NCBI RefSeq assembly: GCF_030013595.1
Contig: NZ_CP122768.1
Source: Escherichia coli
GTDB taxonomy: Bacteria; Pseudomonadota; Gammaproteobacteria; Enterobacterales; Enterobacteriaceae
Length of the DNA: 64,000 bases
Strand: one strand, 5' to 3'
Every line of letters starts with the position of its first letter. Position 1 is the first letter of the stretch. Position numbers and translations under genes: made by a program. Shown piece by piece: positions 8,215-16,690 of the stretch. The notes beneath the pieces are model-generated. The model saw nothing but the letters and a program-made list of their open reading frames with translations. It was not told where the DNA came from and searched no databases.

Positions 8215-9166
8215 GAGTTCCCACAGCTTCCAGGCCGTTTCCGTCGCTGATAAATCCGTTTTCACGTTCCCACTGCTCACGTGCTGCCCGAATTTCCTGA
8301 ACTGCCCGTGATGCGGTGCCACCTGGTGCTGCTGCATGGTTTACCCCCTTGCTGACTGGTTTAACCTGTGCCCTGACGTGATTTACGTGACGGGCGAATT
8401 TCTGCTCCCACTGAACCTGCGTGAACACTTTGCCCTCATCGCTCCAGTAATCCCGGAATGCGGCAAGTTCAGCAGGTGTAAATTCCGGCTCCGGCAAAGC
8501 CATCCCCCACAACGCAGCCCGTCGTCGAAAATCCCGTGACGGATGCCAGCTATCGGTCATCGGAAATTTTCCGATGGGTTCGCTCAGGCCATCCAGGAAT
8601 ACGGGTGGCACTGCCTGTAACGACAAAACTTCCTGCTCACTGGTCGGAGCACTCTCGCGTGCGTTATGTGTGGGGTTTAGATCTTTGGGTTCCTTTGGGT
8701 TCCGTGATCCGTTTTTGGGTGTCTTTGATGGAAAATTTGGGTGTCTTTGGTTATTTTCCATGCAGCTAAGAGTTCCGTTTTTGGGTCTGTTTTGTGCTGA
8801 AACATAACCATTTTCGGTACTGTTTTTATTAACAGTACCAATTTTACCCACCTTTAAAGACTCCCGTTTTTGGGTGTATTCAGGCTCGGCAACACTTTCT
8901 TCTACACCGATAAGTCGGTACACCACAATTTGCTTTGTTCTGCCTTTTCTCTCACCGGTATCAACAATTAACCCAATCTCCATCAGGTGTCGTAAGCTGT
9001 CCTGCACAGTCTTTTTGTTCAGTTCCGTTACTTCTGCCAGTGCAGATACAGACGGGTATGCACACAAATCGGCACCGCACATATCAGCAAGCCAGGTCAA
9101 TACTGACTTACTGGATGAACTGCCGGTTTTCACCTTTTTAGCCCATCGTAGTGCATCGATACTCAT
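8126..9166 (-). CDS. replication initiator O-like protein
   Basis: N-terminal helix-turn-helix replisome-organiser region; iteron repeats embedded mid-gene as in lambda O. Confidence 0.65.
   Translation of the reverse strand: MSIDALRWAKKVKTGSSSSKSVLTWLADMCGADLCAYPSVSALAEVTELNKKTVQDSLRHLMEIGLIVDTGERKGRTKQIVVYRLIGVEESVAEPEYTQKRESLKVGKIGTVNKNSTENGYVSAQNRPKNGTLSCMENNQRHPNFPSKTPKNGSRNPKEPKDLNPTHNARESAPTSEQEVLSLQAVPPVFLDGLSEPIGKFPMTDSWHPSRDFRRRAALWGMALPEPEFTPAELAAFRDYWSDEGKVFTQVQWEQKFARHVNHVRAQVKPVSKGVNHAAAPGGTASRAVQEIRAAREQWERENGFISDGNGLEAVGTHGGGLFEPLDPEERGRTFEALDCTDWRDD
8684..8879. repeat. iteron-type replication origin within the O-like gene
   Basis: at least four copies of CCGTTTTTGGGTGTC-like units (8709, 8736, 8775, 8863), TTTGGGTTCC direct repeats, and an AT-rich palindrome GGTACTGTTTTTATTAACAGTACC. 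Confidence 0.65.
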
Positions 9167-9689
9167 ACGAACCCCTGGCAGACATTTGTTTATCTGCAAA
9201 GTAATATTGGTATTGCTGACGATACGCGTGCTTGAAAGCAATAGCTTTTTCTATAAGCTCGTCAGTCTCACGTTCCACAACAGCTGGATCCGCAAAAAGC
9301 AGCCCGGACTCCACCACATCGCCATATTCTTTGTTTAACCCGGCGATCATGTACGTAATGCTTTTTCCGTCAGTAATTTCACAATACAACCTGAAATCGC
9401 TGATCCGGATAGCCTCCATAATTGCCGGAATCAGCGCCGTGAATTTTTCCCGCTTATCCCTGGTGTCGATAGCTTTCCAGCGTTCGAATATCTTCACCCG
9501 GTTAACGCCCAGCGCCCGTTGATCAACCGCGCCATCATCAAACGTGACGCGTTGAACATCGATGTTCGGGCGTTCTTTCAGAGCCCAGAAGGCTTCCGTG
9601 ATTAATATCGTCGCCTGCTCCTGTGTCATTCCTGGTCGGCACACCCAGGCATCCAGAGCCTCACAAACCTGTTCAGGGGTGATTTTCAT
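9138..9689 (-). CDS. early-region protein in the cII position (YdaT-like?), 183 aa
   Basis: ORF between the cro-like gene and the O-like gene; weak recalled resemblance to YdaT-family proteins. Confidence 0.4.
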   Translation of the reverse strand: MKITPEQVCEALDAWVCRPGMTQEQATILITEAFWALKERPNIDVQRVTFDDGAVDQRALGVNRVKIFERWKAIDTRDKREKFTALIPAIMEAIRISDFRLYCEITDGKSITYMIAGLNKEYGDVVESGLLFADPAVVERETDELIEKAIAFKHAYRQQYQYYFADKQMSARGSYEYRCTTMG

Positions 9690-9900
9690 TGTTCAACCGC
9701 CCCGCCCGCTTTGCCTTACGATATTCGTCATAAACTTTGGGGTCGTACTGAAGTTCCCCGCCGGATGCCTCTTGCAGGCGCATCGCGCGACCTTCAGGAA
9801 CCAGTTCCCCCCATGCAGCAATGCTTGCCAGCCTAACTCCTGCGGCATTGGCAAGCTTTGTTTTGCTGCCAAAAAACGCTATAGCATCAATTTTCAACAT
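9673..9900 (-). CDS. dicC: DicC-like (Cro-type) repressor
   Basis: 75-aa protein close to DicC as recalled (…FGSKTKLA…AAG…LVPEGRAMRLQEASGGELQYDPKVYDEY…); divergent from dicA. Confidence 0.75.
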   Translation of the reverse strand: MLKIDAIAFFGSKTKLANAAGVRLASIAAWGELVPEGRAMRLQEASGGELQYDPKVYDEYRKAKRAGRLNNENHP

Positions 9901-9908
9901 ATCGAGCT

Positions 9909-9926
9909 CCTTAGATTTTCCTAAGG
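9909..9926. promoter_or_regulatory. palindromic operator CCTTAGATTTTCCTAAGG in the dicC-dicA intergenic region
   Basis: perfect 18-bp inverted repeat between divergent repressor genes; related CTTAGG half-sites at 9945-9975 and 10457-10509. Confidence 0.5.
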
Positions 9927-9976
9927 AAACTAGATCGTAGAGAAACCTAAGTCAAGAAAAATTAGAATTCCCTAAT

Positions 9977-10384
9977 ATGAAAAACGAAACCTTCGGTGCT
10001 CGCCTCTTACATAGGCGTAAAAAATTAAAACTGTCTCAGGCCGCATTAGGTAAGCTGGTCAAAGTGGCTCACGTAACAATTTCTCAATGGGAAAGAGATG
10101 AAACACAGCCGGCGGGGAAAAGATTATTCGCACTGAGCCAAGCGCTTCAGTGCTCACCGACTTGGCTTCTTTTTGGGGATGAAGATAAACAACCAGGCGA
10201 ACCGATCCCGGATAATCAGCCAGCCATTCTGACAGAAGATCAAAAAGAGTTACTTCAACTGTTCGACGCACTGCCTGAGTCAGAGCAAAAGGCCCTGTTG
10301 TCAGAGATGCGTGCTCGAGTTGAAAATTTCAACAAACTTTTTGAAGAACTACTCAAAGCTCGCAAAAGAAGCGCAAACAAATAA
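9977..10384 (+). CDS. dicA: DicA-like HTH (XRE family) repressor
   Basis: 135-aa protein close to DicA as recalled (…SQWER…FALS…LQCSPTW…FGDEDKQP…NFNKLFEELLKAR…). Confidence 0.8.
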   Translation: MKNETFGARLLHRRKKLKLSQAALGKLVKVAHVTISQWERDETQPAGKRLFALSQALQCSPTWLLFGDEDKQPGEPIPDNQPAILTEDQKELLQLFDALPESEQKALLSEMRARVENFNKLFEELLKARKRSANK

Positions 10385-10586
10385 TCCCCTTTTTTCTCCA
10401 CACCCTGTAATAAAAAGCACAAACTTTCAAACACTTGTGTTTTTTACATCAAAAAACTTAGGTTTTTCTACATAAAAATCTTGACCACCAGCCTTAGGTT
10501 ATTCTAAATTTCATTCATCAAGACACCGCACGGTGTTCTCAGCAAACAGTTCCGCCACCCCGGCGTTAAGGGGAAATGAGGTCAAC

Positions 10587-10739
10587 ATGGATACTATCGA
10601 TCTTGGCAACAACGAATCTCTGGTATACGGCGTGTTTCCCAACCAGGACGGCACATTCACCGCGATGACGTATACCAAAAGCAAAACGTTTAAAACCGAA
10701 ACTGGCGCTCGTCGCTGGTTAGCCAGAAACACTGACTGA
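10587..10739 (+). CDS. ydfA: YdfA-like protein (DUF1391)
   Basis: MDTIDLGNNESLVYGVFPNQDGTFTAMTYTKSKTFKTE… matches YdfA of Qin as recalled; first gene of the dicB operon. Confidence 0.7.
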   Translation: MDTIDLGNNESLVYGVFPNQDGTFTAMTYTKSKTFKTETGARRWLARNTD

Positions 10740-10750
10740 TGAGGCTGACG

Positions 10751-11389
10751 ATGGAATTTAAAGATTTACCAATATCAATACAGGAAATGGCCGCTGATGT
10801 GATTCGCTCGCAACTGGCGCGGAACCCAATGATATTAGTAGATAAAGTGTTCATCAGAAATTTATCAAATCATGTCCGCAATTCTTTTACCGGACTGTAT
10901 TCATATTCGTTCACAAACAATCATTGTGTAGAAAATAAAGCAAAGCCCATTGCAGAAACGATAACGCAAAACATCAATACGAAACAAACCGAAGAAGAAA
11001 TTGACCAGTTTACCCGTGATGCTGGCTTAAAATGCAGGAAAGAAAAATCGCCATATGCGGGAAATATGTTTGTTTATGACAACCTTATCCGAATTCGTGG
11101 CGAAATTCCGACTGAATACCTGGCAAGAATTCACCAGGCATTACTTAAAAATCTGGAAACGGAAGTATTTGATGGCAATACCAACGGCTCCTTCGTGGTG
11201 TCAACTCTCGCAAAAGAGTGGGATACAGATAATCGCTGGAATGTTGCTACATGGTTATTCAGCAACAAAGCTGCTGCCCTGGAAGCTGCGGCCTGTATTT
11301 GCGACCTGCTAAGGACAGACCGCAAATACAACCTGGATGTGTATAGCTATATTTATGCTGAACACTATCCGCTATGGATTAACTGGTAA
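10751..11389 (+). CDS. hypothetical protein, about 212 aa, no recognisable domain
   Basis: AT-rich ORF; GAGG Shine-Dalgarno before the second ATG; occupies the ydfB/ydfC position. Confidence 0.55.
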   Translation: MEFKDLPISIQEMAADVIRSQLARNPMILVDKVFIRNLSNHVRNSFTGLYSYSFTNNHCVENKAKPIAETITQNINTKQTEEEIDQFTRDAGLKCRKEKSPYAGNMFVYDNLIRIRGEIPTEYLARIHQALLKNLETEVFDGNTNGSFVVSTLAKEWDTDNRWNVATWLFSNKAAALEAAACICDLLRTDRKYNLDVYSYIYAEHYPLWINW

Positions 11390-11599
11390 TTACAAAGCTG
11401 TACCAGCAGGGCCACGGCGACCAGCGCCACGATTGTAATCAATGATGCCATTATAAAGCGCATTATTTAATTTATCGTCGAATGCCGATTCTGTGAGCCC
11501 TAGATCTGAATGAGTTTTTAATAACCCTGATTGCCTGAGTTGATTAACCAGGCATTCAATCTGTTTTTCAATAAGCGGATGTATTGGCTTGTTTGGCAT
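11390..11599 (-). CDS. hypothetical small protein, 69 aa (MPNKPIHPLIEKQIECLVNQL…)
   Basis: GGAGG Shine-Dalgarno 4 nt before the ATG; stop codon abuts the stop of the convergent 212-aa gene. Confidence 0.5.
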   Translation of the reverse strand: MPNKPIHPLIEKQIECLVNQLRQSGLLKTHSDLGLTESAFDDKLNNALYNGIIDYNRGAGRRGPAGTAL

Positions 11600-11924
11600 T
11601 TTATCCTCCATTGAAGTTACTGGTTGAGAATGGAGACCACACGTGACAGCGTGTTGTCGTGCACCGGACACGGATAAGAATCCGGCACTGACAGTTTACT
11701 GAAAGGATATATCCCTGAAAAGTCAGGGCATAACGCGAAAGCGCACGGCGGAGGTGTCTTTTCCTTAGAAGGCTTGTCGTTAGATTTCTTCGATTGTGCG
11801 CTTCCGGTTGTAGCACTCCGCGAAATGGCGCGGCGGTAAGTATGGCGGGGTTATTCCTTCCCCGTTGAGGACACCGGGTTGTCAGGTTGACCATACGCTT
11901 AAGTGACAACCCCGCTGCAACAAC

Positions 11925-11988
11925 CCATGTTGATTACCTTTTGGTGGGTATCCGTTTTTTGTTTTCCCTTGTGATACCCGCCCTTTTT
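11925..11988 (+). ncRNA. dicF: DicF-like small RNA (divergent)
   Basis: upstream of dicB; TTTGGTGGGTATC…GATACCCGCCC hairpin followed by TTTTT resembles the recalled DicF 3' end; boundaries approximate. Confidence 0.4.
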
Positions 11989-12173
11989 AAAGTGAATTTT
12001 GTGATGCGGTGAATGCGGCTCAGCGCACGCGGAACAGTTAAAAAAGTGATCGGTACTCTGTATTTGTTTTATGGAGTTGGTTTCCCTGTATTCCGGCGTT
12101 AATTGTTAACTGGTTAACGTCACCTGGAGGCACCAGGCACCGCATCACAAAATTCATTGTTGAGGACGCGATA

Positions 12174-12362
12174 ATGGAAACGTTATTACCAAACGTCAAT
12201 ACGTCTGAAGGTTGTTTTGAAATTGGTGTCAGAATCAGTAACCCTGTATTTACTGAAGATGCCATTAATAAGAGAAAACACGAACGGGAGCTATTAAATC
12301 AAATATGCATTGTTTCAATGCTGGCCCGTTTACGCCTGATGCAAAAAGGACGCTGCCAATGA
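12174..12362 (+). CDS. dicB: cell-division inhibitor DicB
   Basis: 62-aa protein METLLPNVNTSEGCFEIGV…ICIVSMLARLRLM… close to K-12 DicB as recalled. Confidence 0.85.
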   Translation: METLLPNVNTSEGCFEIGVRISNPVFTEDAINKRKHERELLNQICIVSMLARLRLMQKGRCQ

Positions 12363-12562
12363 ATACAGCATTTGCACTCGTTCTGACAGTTTTTCTTAAT
12401 ACAGGCGAACCAGTCGATCTTGTTATTGGTATACATGACTCAATGAAAGAATGCATGGCTGCCGCAGCGGAACAGAAAATTCCCGGCAACTGTTATCCGG
12501 TTGATAAAGTTATTCGCATGGACAATAACGAAATCCCGGCAGGACTTAAAACAGCACCGTAA
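12359..12562 (+). CDS. ydfD: YdfD-like small protein
   Basis: MNTAFALVLTVFL…AAAEQKIPGNCYPVDKVI… resembles YdfD; ATG overlaps the dicB stop. Confidence 0.6.
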   Translation: MNTAFALVLTVFLNTGEPVDLVIGIHDSMKECMAAAAEQKIPGNCYPVDKVIRMDNNEIPAGLKTAP

Positions 12563-12639
12563 TTAATATCCGGTTTCATTTTTATATGCCAGCAATGGCA
12601 GGGATTTGTTCACCCTAAAAATAGTTACGAGGTTTATCA

Positions 12640-15102
12640 ATGAGCGCTGATAAAGAAGAAATTGCACTATATTACGAAGCCAAAAATGACAAAGTCAGAA
12701 AACGCCTTGGGATTAAAGGCGGTTTTTACTGGCGCACAGCAAAAAAATTATCGATTGCAATATCACGCGGTGTTGTCGCAATGGACGATGCCGGATTTGA
12801 CGAAGAGGATTTTAAAAAACCTGTTCGCGTCCATTTACCCGTTGTGAATGACCTTCCTCCGGAAGGCGTGTTTGATACCGAATTCTGCAACCGATACGAA
12901 AAAGGCGGGGAAGATGGTATCACAATGGTACTTATCGCGCCCTCTGTTCAGGACAAACCAGCCAGCACTGACAATACCAACGTCAACGGTGAAGACATGA
13001 CTGAGATTGAGGAGAATATGCTCCTGCCAGTTTCAGGTCAGATTCTGCCTGTTCGATGGCTGGCGCAACACAACAGCGAAAAACCGATCACGCACGTTTC
13101 GCGGGACGAACTGCGCGCATTACATAACGCACAGGATGAAAAACTTCCCGCCGTTACCGCGCTGGCCATCTCAAATAAAGCAGCGCAACTCGAACCACTG
13201 GAAATTCGCGATCTCCACAAACTGGTACGCGACACTGACAAAGTTTTCCCTAATCCTGGTAATTCAGACCTGGGACTGATGACCGCTTTTTTCGAAGCAT
13301 ACCTGGGCGCTAACTACACCGATCGCGGTCTGCTTACAAAAGAGTGGATGAAGGGAAATCGTGTTTCACGTATCACCCGCACGGCTTCCGGCGCTAATGC
13401 TGGCGGCGGGAACAAAACCGATCGCAATCCGAATTTAGTACACACCTTCGATACGCTGGATGTGGAGATTGCAGCAGCCACACTTCCGATGGATTTTAAT
13501 ATTTATGAAATTCCGGGCAGCGTTTATCGTCGCGCAAAAGAAGTCGTCCGGAAGAAAGAAAGTCCGTTCAAAGAATGGTCCGCAGCACTTCGCGCAATCC
13601 CGGGTATCCTGGATTATTCCCGTGCCGCTATTTTTGCACTTATCCGGAGCGCCCACCCTGAACTTTACCTCTACAGGGTACGCCTTCAGGTGTATATCAA
13701 CGCCCACTTAACGGAGACTGATCACGAGAATCCTACCGAGGAAACTCTCGCTGCTGCACGACATACACCGGAAAAAGATATCCTGGAAGAAGTTAACCGC
13801 GAACTGGCTGCTGCTAAACACGAAACAGAAGAAGAAAAAAATAATGAGGAAAAATCACAACCGTCTGACGCAATGGCAGATGAACAGGCAACGACTGAAA
13901 CAATGGAGCCGGATACAACTGAACATCGCCAGGACACGCAATCGCTGGATACTCAGGCGCAGATAGATCCGGTTAATCAGGTAAAAGTTACCGCTGACGA
14001 AGTAAACAAAATTATGCAGGCAGCCAATATCAACCAGCCTGACGCCAATCAGTTGCTTGCTGTATCACGTGGTGAATTTGTTGCAGGGATTAGCGACCCG
14101 AATGATCCGAAATGGGTGAAGGGGATTGAAACCCGCGATTCAGTGAATCAGAACCAGCAAGAAATGGAACAGAACGACCAGAAAGCGGAAAAAAACAGCC
14201 CAAATGCGTTACAAAACGAGCCAGAAACGAAACAACCTGAGCCAGTAGCGCAACAGGAATCGGAAAAAGTCTGCACCGCCTGCGGTCAGAGCGGTGGCGG
14301 CAGCTGCCCTGATTGTGGCGCGGTGATGGGCGACGCAACATACCAGGAAACATTCGATGAAGAGAATCAGGTTGAAGTTCAGGAAAATGATCCGGAGGAA
14401 ATGGAAGGCGCTGAACATCCACACAAGGAGAATGCTGGCAGCGCTCAGGACCACGCCAGCGATAATGAAACTGGCGAGACGGCAGATCCCTTAATTGCGG
14501 TGAACGGTCATCACGTTATCACATCCACCAGCAGAGTGTGGTACCACCTGATGATCGACCTTGAAACAATGGGAACCAACACCAATGCGCCCATCGTGGT
14601 TATTGGTGCGGTTTTCTTCGACCCACAAACAGGGGAAATCGGGCCAGTATTTTATATCGTTATCAGTCTGACTGACGCAATGAATACAGGGGCTGTTCCT
14701 GACGGTGGAACCATCGAATGGTGGCTGAAGCAGTCCAGTGAAGCCAGAGCTGCCATTTTAACAGACCAGGTAAAACTGAAGGATGCCCTTTCGCGGTTTC
14801 GGGAGTTCATCAACGAATACTCAGATGAAAAATTCGTTCAGGTATGGGGTAATGGTGCAACTTTCGATAACGCAATTTTGCGCACCTCATACGAACGTCT
14901 GGACATCCCCTGCCCGTGGCGCTACTACAACGATCGCGATGTACGCACAATCGTTGAGCTGGGAAAAACCATCGGTTTTGATGCCAGAACAGCTATCCCG
15001 TTCGAAGGTGTACCCCACAATGCACTGGATGATGCCCGTCACCAGGCGAAATACGTTTCAGTAATCTGGCAAAAACTGATCCCGAGTCAGGCTGATTTTT
15101 AA
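12640..15102 (+). CDS. prophage exonuclease (YdfE/exodeoxyribonuclease VIII-like), 820 aa, with C-terminal DnaQ-like DEDDh 3'-5' exonuclease domain
   Basis: C-terminus has Exo I (MIDLETMG), Exo II (WGNGATFD) and Exo III (HNALDDARH) motifs; acidic low-complexity linker and C-x2-C-x9-C-x2-C motif; sits upstream of xis-int. Confidence 0.7.
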   Translation: MSADKEEIALYYEAKNDKVRKRLGIKGGFYWRTAKKLSIAISRGVVAMDDAGFDEEDFKKPVRVHLPVVNDLPPEGVFDTEFCNRYEKGGEDGITMVLIAPSVQDKPASTDNTNVNGEDMTEIEENMLLPVSGQILPVRWLAQHNSEKPITHVSRDELRALHNAQDEKLPAVTALAISNKAAQLEPLEIRDLHKLVRDTDKVFPNPGNSDLGLMTAFFEAYLGANYTDRGLLTKEWMKGNRVSRITRTASGANAGGGNKTDRNPNLVHTFDTLDVEIAAATLPMDFNIYEIPGSVYRRAKEVVRKKESPFKEWSAALRAIPGILDYSRAAIFALIRSAHPELYLYRVRLQVYINAHLTETDHENPTEETLAAARHTPEKDILEEVNRELAAAKHETEEEKNNEEKSQPSDAMADEQATTETMEPDTTEHRQDTQSLDTQAQIDPVNQVKVTADEVNKIMQAANINQPDANQLLAVSRGEFVAGISDPNDPKWVKGIETRDSVNQNQQEMEQNDQKAEKNSPNALQNEPETKQPEPVAQQESEKVCTACGQSGGGSCPDCGAVMGDATYQETFDEENQVEVQENDPEEMEGAEHPHKENAGSAQDHASDNETGETADPLIAVNGHHVITSTSRVWYHLMIDLETMGTNTNAPIVVIGAVFFDPQTGEIGPVFYIVISLTDAMNTGAVPDGGTIEWWLKQSSEARAAILTDQVKLKDALSRFREFINEYSDEKFVQVWGNGATFDNAILRTSYERLDIPCPWRYYNDRDVRTIVELGKTIGFDARTAIPFEGVPHNALDDARHQAKYVSVIWQKLIPSQADF

Positions 15103-15154
15103 TGTTCAACCGTCGCCAGTTGTCGTTGGTATTCTGCAACTGGCGCGTTCCGGA

Positions 15155-15433
15155 GTGATAACCATGAGCGAACAGTACCTGATAACGCTCGACGAGTGGA
15201 AACCAAAACGGTTCAGTCTCCCAATAACAAACACCACCCTGGTGAAATACGGAAAACTAGGATACATCGTTCCAAGACCACAAAAAATTCGTGGGCGTTG
15301 GCTGATAGATCGCCGGGCAGTATTTGTTGGACCTGGTGAAACAGGAATTGCGCCGGAAATTCATACTGGCGATGATGATGCACTGAAGGAGATTTTAACT
15401 CATGTCACCGAGGCCACGAAAAAACAGCACTGA
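15155..15433 (+). CDS. xis: excisionase (Xis)
   Basis: lambda-Xis-like N-terminus (…LITLDEW…RPQKIRGRWL…), directly upstream of and overlapping int. Confidence 0.7.
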   Translation: MITMSEQYLITLDEWKPKRFSLPITNTTLVKYGKLGYIVPRPQKIRGRWLIDRRAVFVGPGETGIAPEIHTGDDDALKEILTHVTEATKKQH

Positions 15434-16520
15434 CGTAGCCGGTCTTTACGAAAAGTTTGATCGCAGAACTGGCAGGGTTTACTACCAGTATAAAAACCCT
15501 GTGACTGGAAAATTTCACGGACTCGGAACAGACAAAGGTAAGGCAGAAAAAATCGCTTCCACAGCCAATCAGCGAATAGCTGCAGCAGAGGCTGAATATT
15601 TCATGCGCAAAATTGATGAAAGTCCGTCAGCAACAAAACGTCGGGGTATCAGATTAAAGGCATGGGTTGATCGATATCTGAAAATACAGGACGCGCGACT
15701 GAAAAATGGAGATATTGCAGCTACAACTCACAAAGAAAAAGCCCGAATGGCTGCATACCTGGTTTCCCGTCTGGGAAACCACCCATTGAAAGAACTGGAA
15801 GTAAGAGACTTTGCATTAATACTGGATGAGTGGCTGGATAAAGACATGGTCAGCACAGCGAGAGTAAATCGCGGATTATGGGTTGATATTTATAAAGAAG
15901 CACAGCATGCAGGGGAAGTTCCTCCTGGATGGAATCCTCCGGAGGCTACCCGTAAACCGATCCCTAAAGTAACCAGAGCCAGGCTCACCATGGAAGACTG
16001 GCAAAAAATTTACAATGCAACGCCTGAAAAACACTTTATCCGTAACGCAATGCTTCTTGCGATTGTTACTGGTCAGCGCCGTGATGACATTTGCCACATG
16101 CGTTTTTCAGATGTGTGGAACGAACACTTGCATATCACCCAGGGAAAAACCGGAATGCGTCTGGCGTTACCGCTTACACTACGCTGTGATGCCATTGGGA
16201 TAACGTTAAAAGAAGTTATTGATGGGTGCCGAGACAGAATATTAAGTCCATATCTAATCCATAGTCGGCACCAGAAACAACCGAAGCCGATGAGTAAAGA
16301 CAACCTGAGCGACTACTTTGCCAAAGCACGGGATCTGGCTGGGATAATTCCACCAGCAGGAAAAACTCCGCCAACATTTCATGAACAACGCTCTCTATCA
16401 GAACGGCTGTACCGTGCACAGGGTATCGATACAAAAACATTACTAGGACATAAAGTCCAGGCAACCACCGATCGCTATAACGATACTCGAGGTCAGGAAT
16501 GGGTTAAGTTGGTTATTTGA
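15402..16520 (+). CDS. int: tyrosine-type site-specific integrase
   Basis: 372-aa ORF with an integrase-typical C-terminal region (…HEQRSL…LLGH…TDRYND…), next to the chromosome junction. Confidence 0.85.
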   Translation: MSPRPRKNSTDVAGLYEKFDRRTGRVYYQYKNPVTGKFHGLGTDKGKAEKIASTANQRIAAAEAEYFMRKIDESPSATKRRGIRLKAWVDRYLKIQDARLKNGDIAATTHKEKARMAAYLVSRLGNHPLKELEVRDFALILDEWLDKDMVSTARVNRGLWVDIYKEAQHAGEVPPGWNPPEATRKPIPKVTRARLTMEDWQKIYNATPEKHFIRNAMLLAIVTGQRRDDICHMRFSDVWNEHLHITQGKTGMRLALPLTLRCDAIGITLKEVIDGCRDRILSPYLIHSRHQKQPKPMSKDNLSDYFAKARDLAGIIPPAGKTPPTFHEQRSLSERLYRAQGIDTKTLLGHKVQATTDRYNDTRGQEWVKLVI

Positions 16521-16570
16521 CAAACACCATATGGAATATCCGTCACCATCTCAGGAAAAAAGTGTTGTAA

Positions 16571-16690
16571 AATGCGTGGCCTAGTTTTGGGGAAACGTTT
16601 TGGAGAGATTTTGGAGAAAGGAAAAAATTGAATAAATTCAAAATCCTGAAAGTGTCCCGCCTTATGAATAAGAAGGTGGAACTCGAATGA
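16571..16690 (+). pseudogene. potB: displaced 3' end of potB at the prophage-chromosome junction (att region)
   Basis: reading frame ends …SRLMNKKVELE with TGA overlapping the potC ATG, matching the recalled PotB C-terminus; upstream codons are not PotB-like; potA and the 5' part of potB are absent. Confidence 0.55.

Noticed and set aside
7470-8216. 248-aa plus-strand ORF
   Set aside because: Antisense to the P-like and O-like replication genes, whose assignments are supported by family resemblance and iterons.
11601-11909. 102-aa minus-strand ORF
   Set aside because: No ribosome-binding site, Arg-rich low-complexity translation, and it lies in the non-coding region upstream of the DicF-like RNA; the shorter 69-aa reading with a GGAGG site is preferred.
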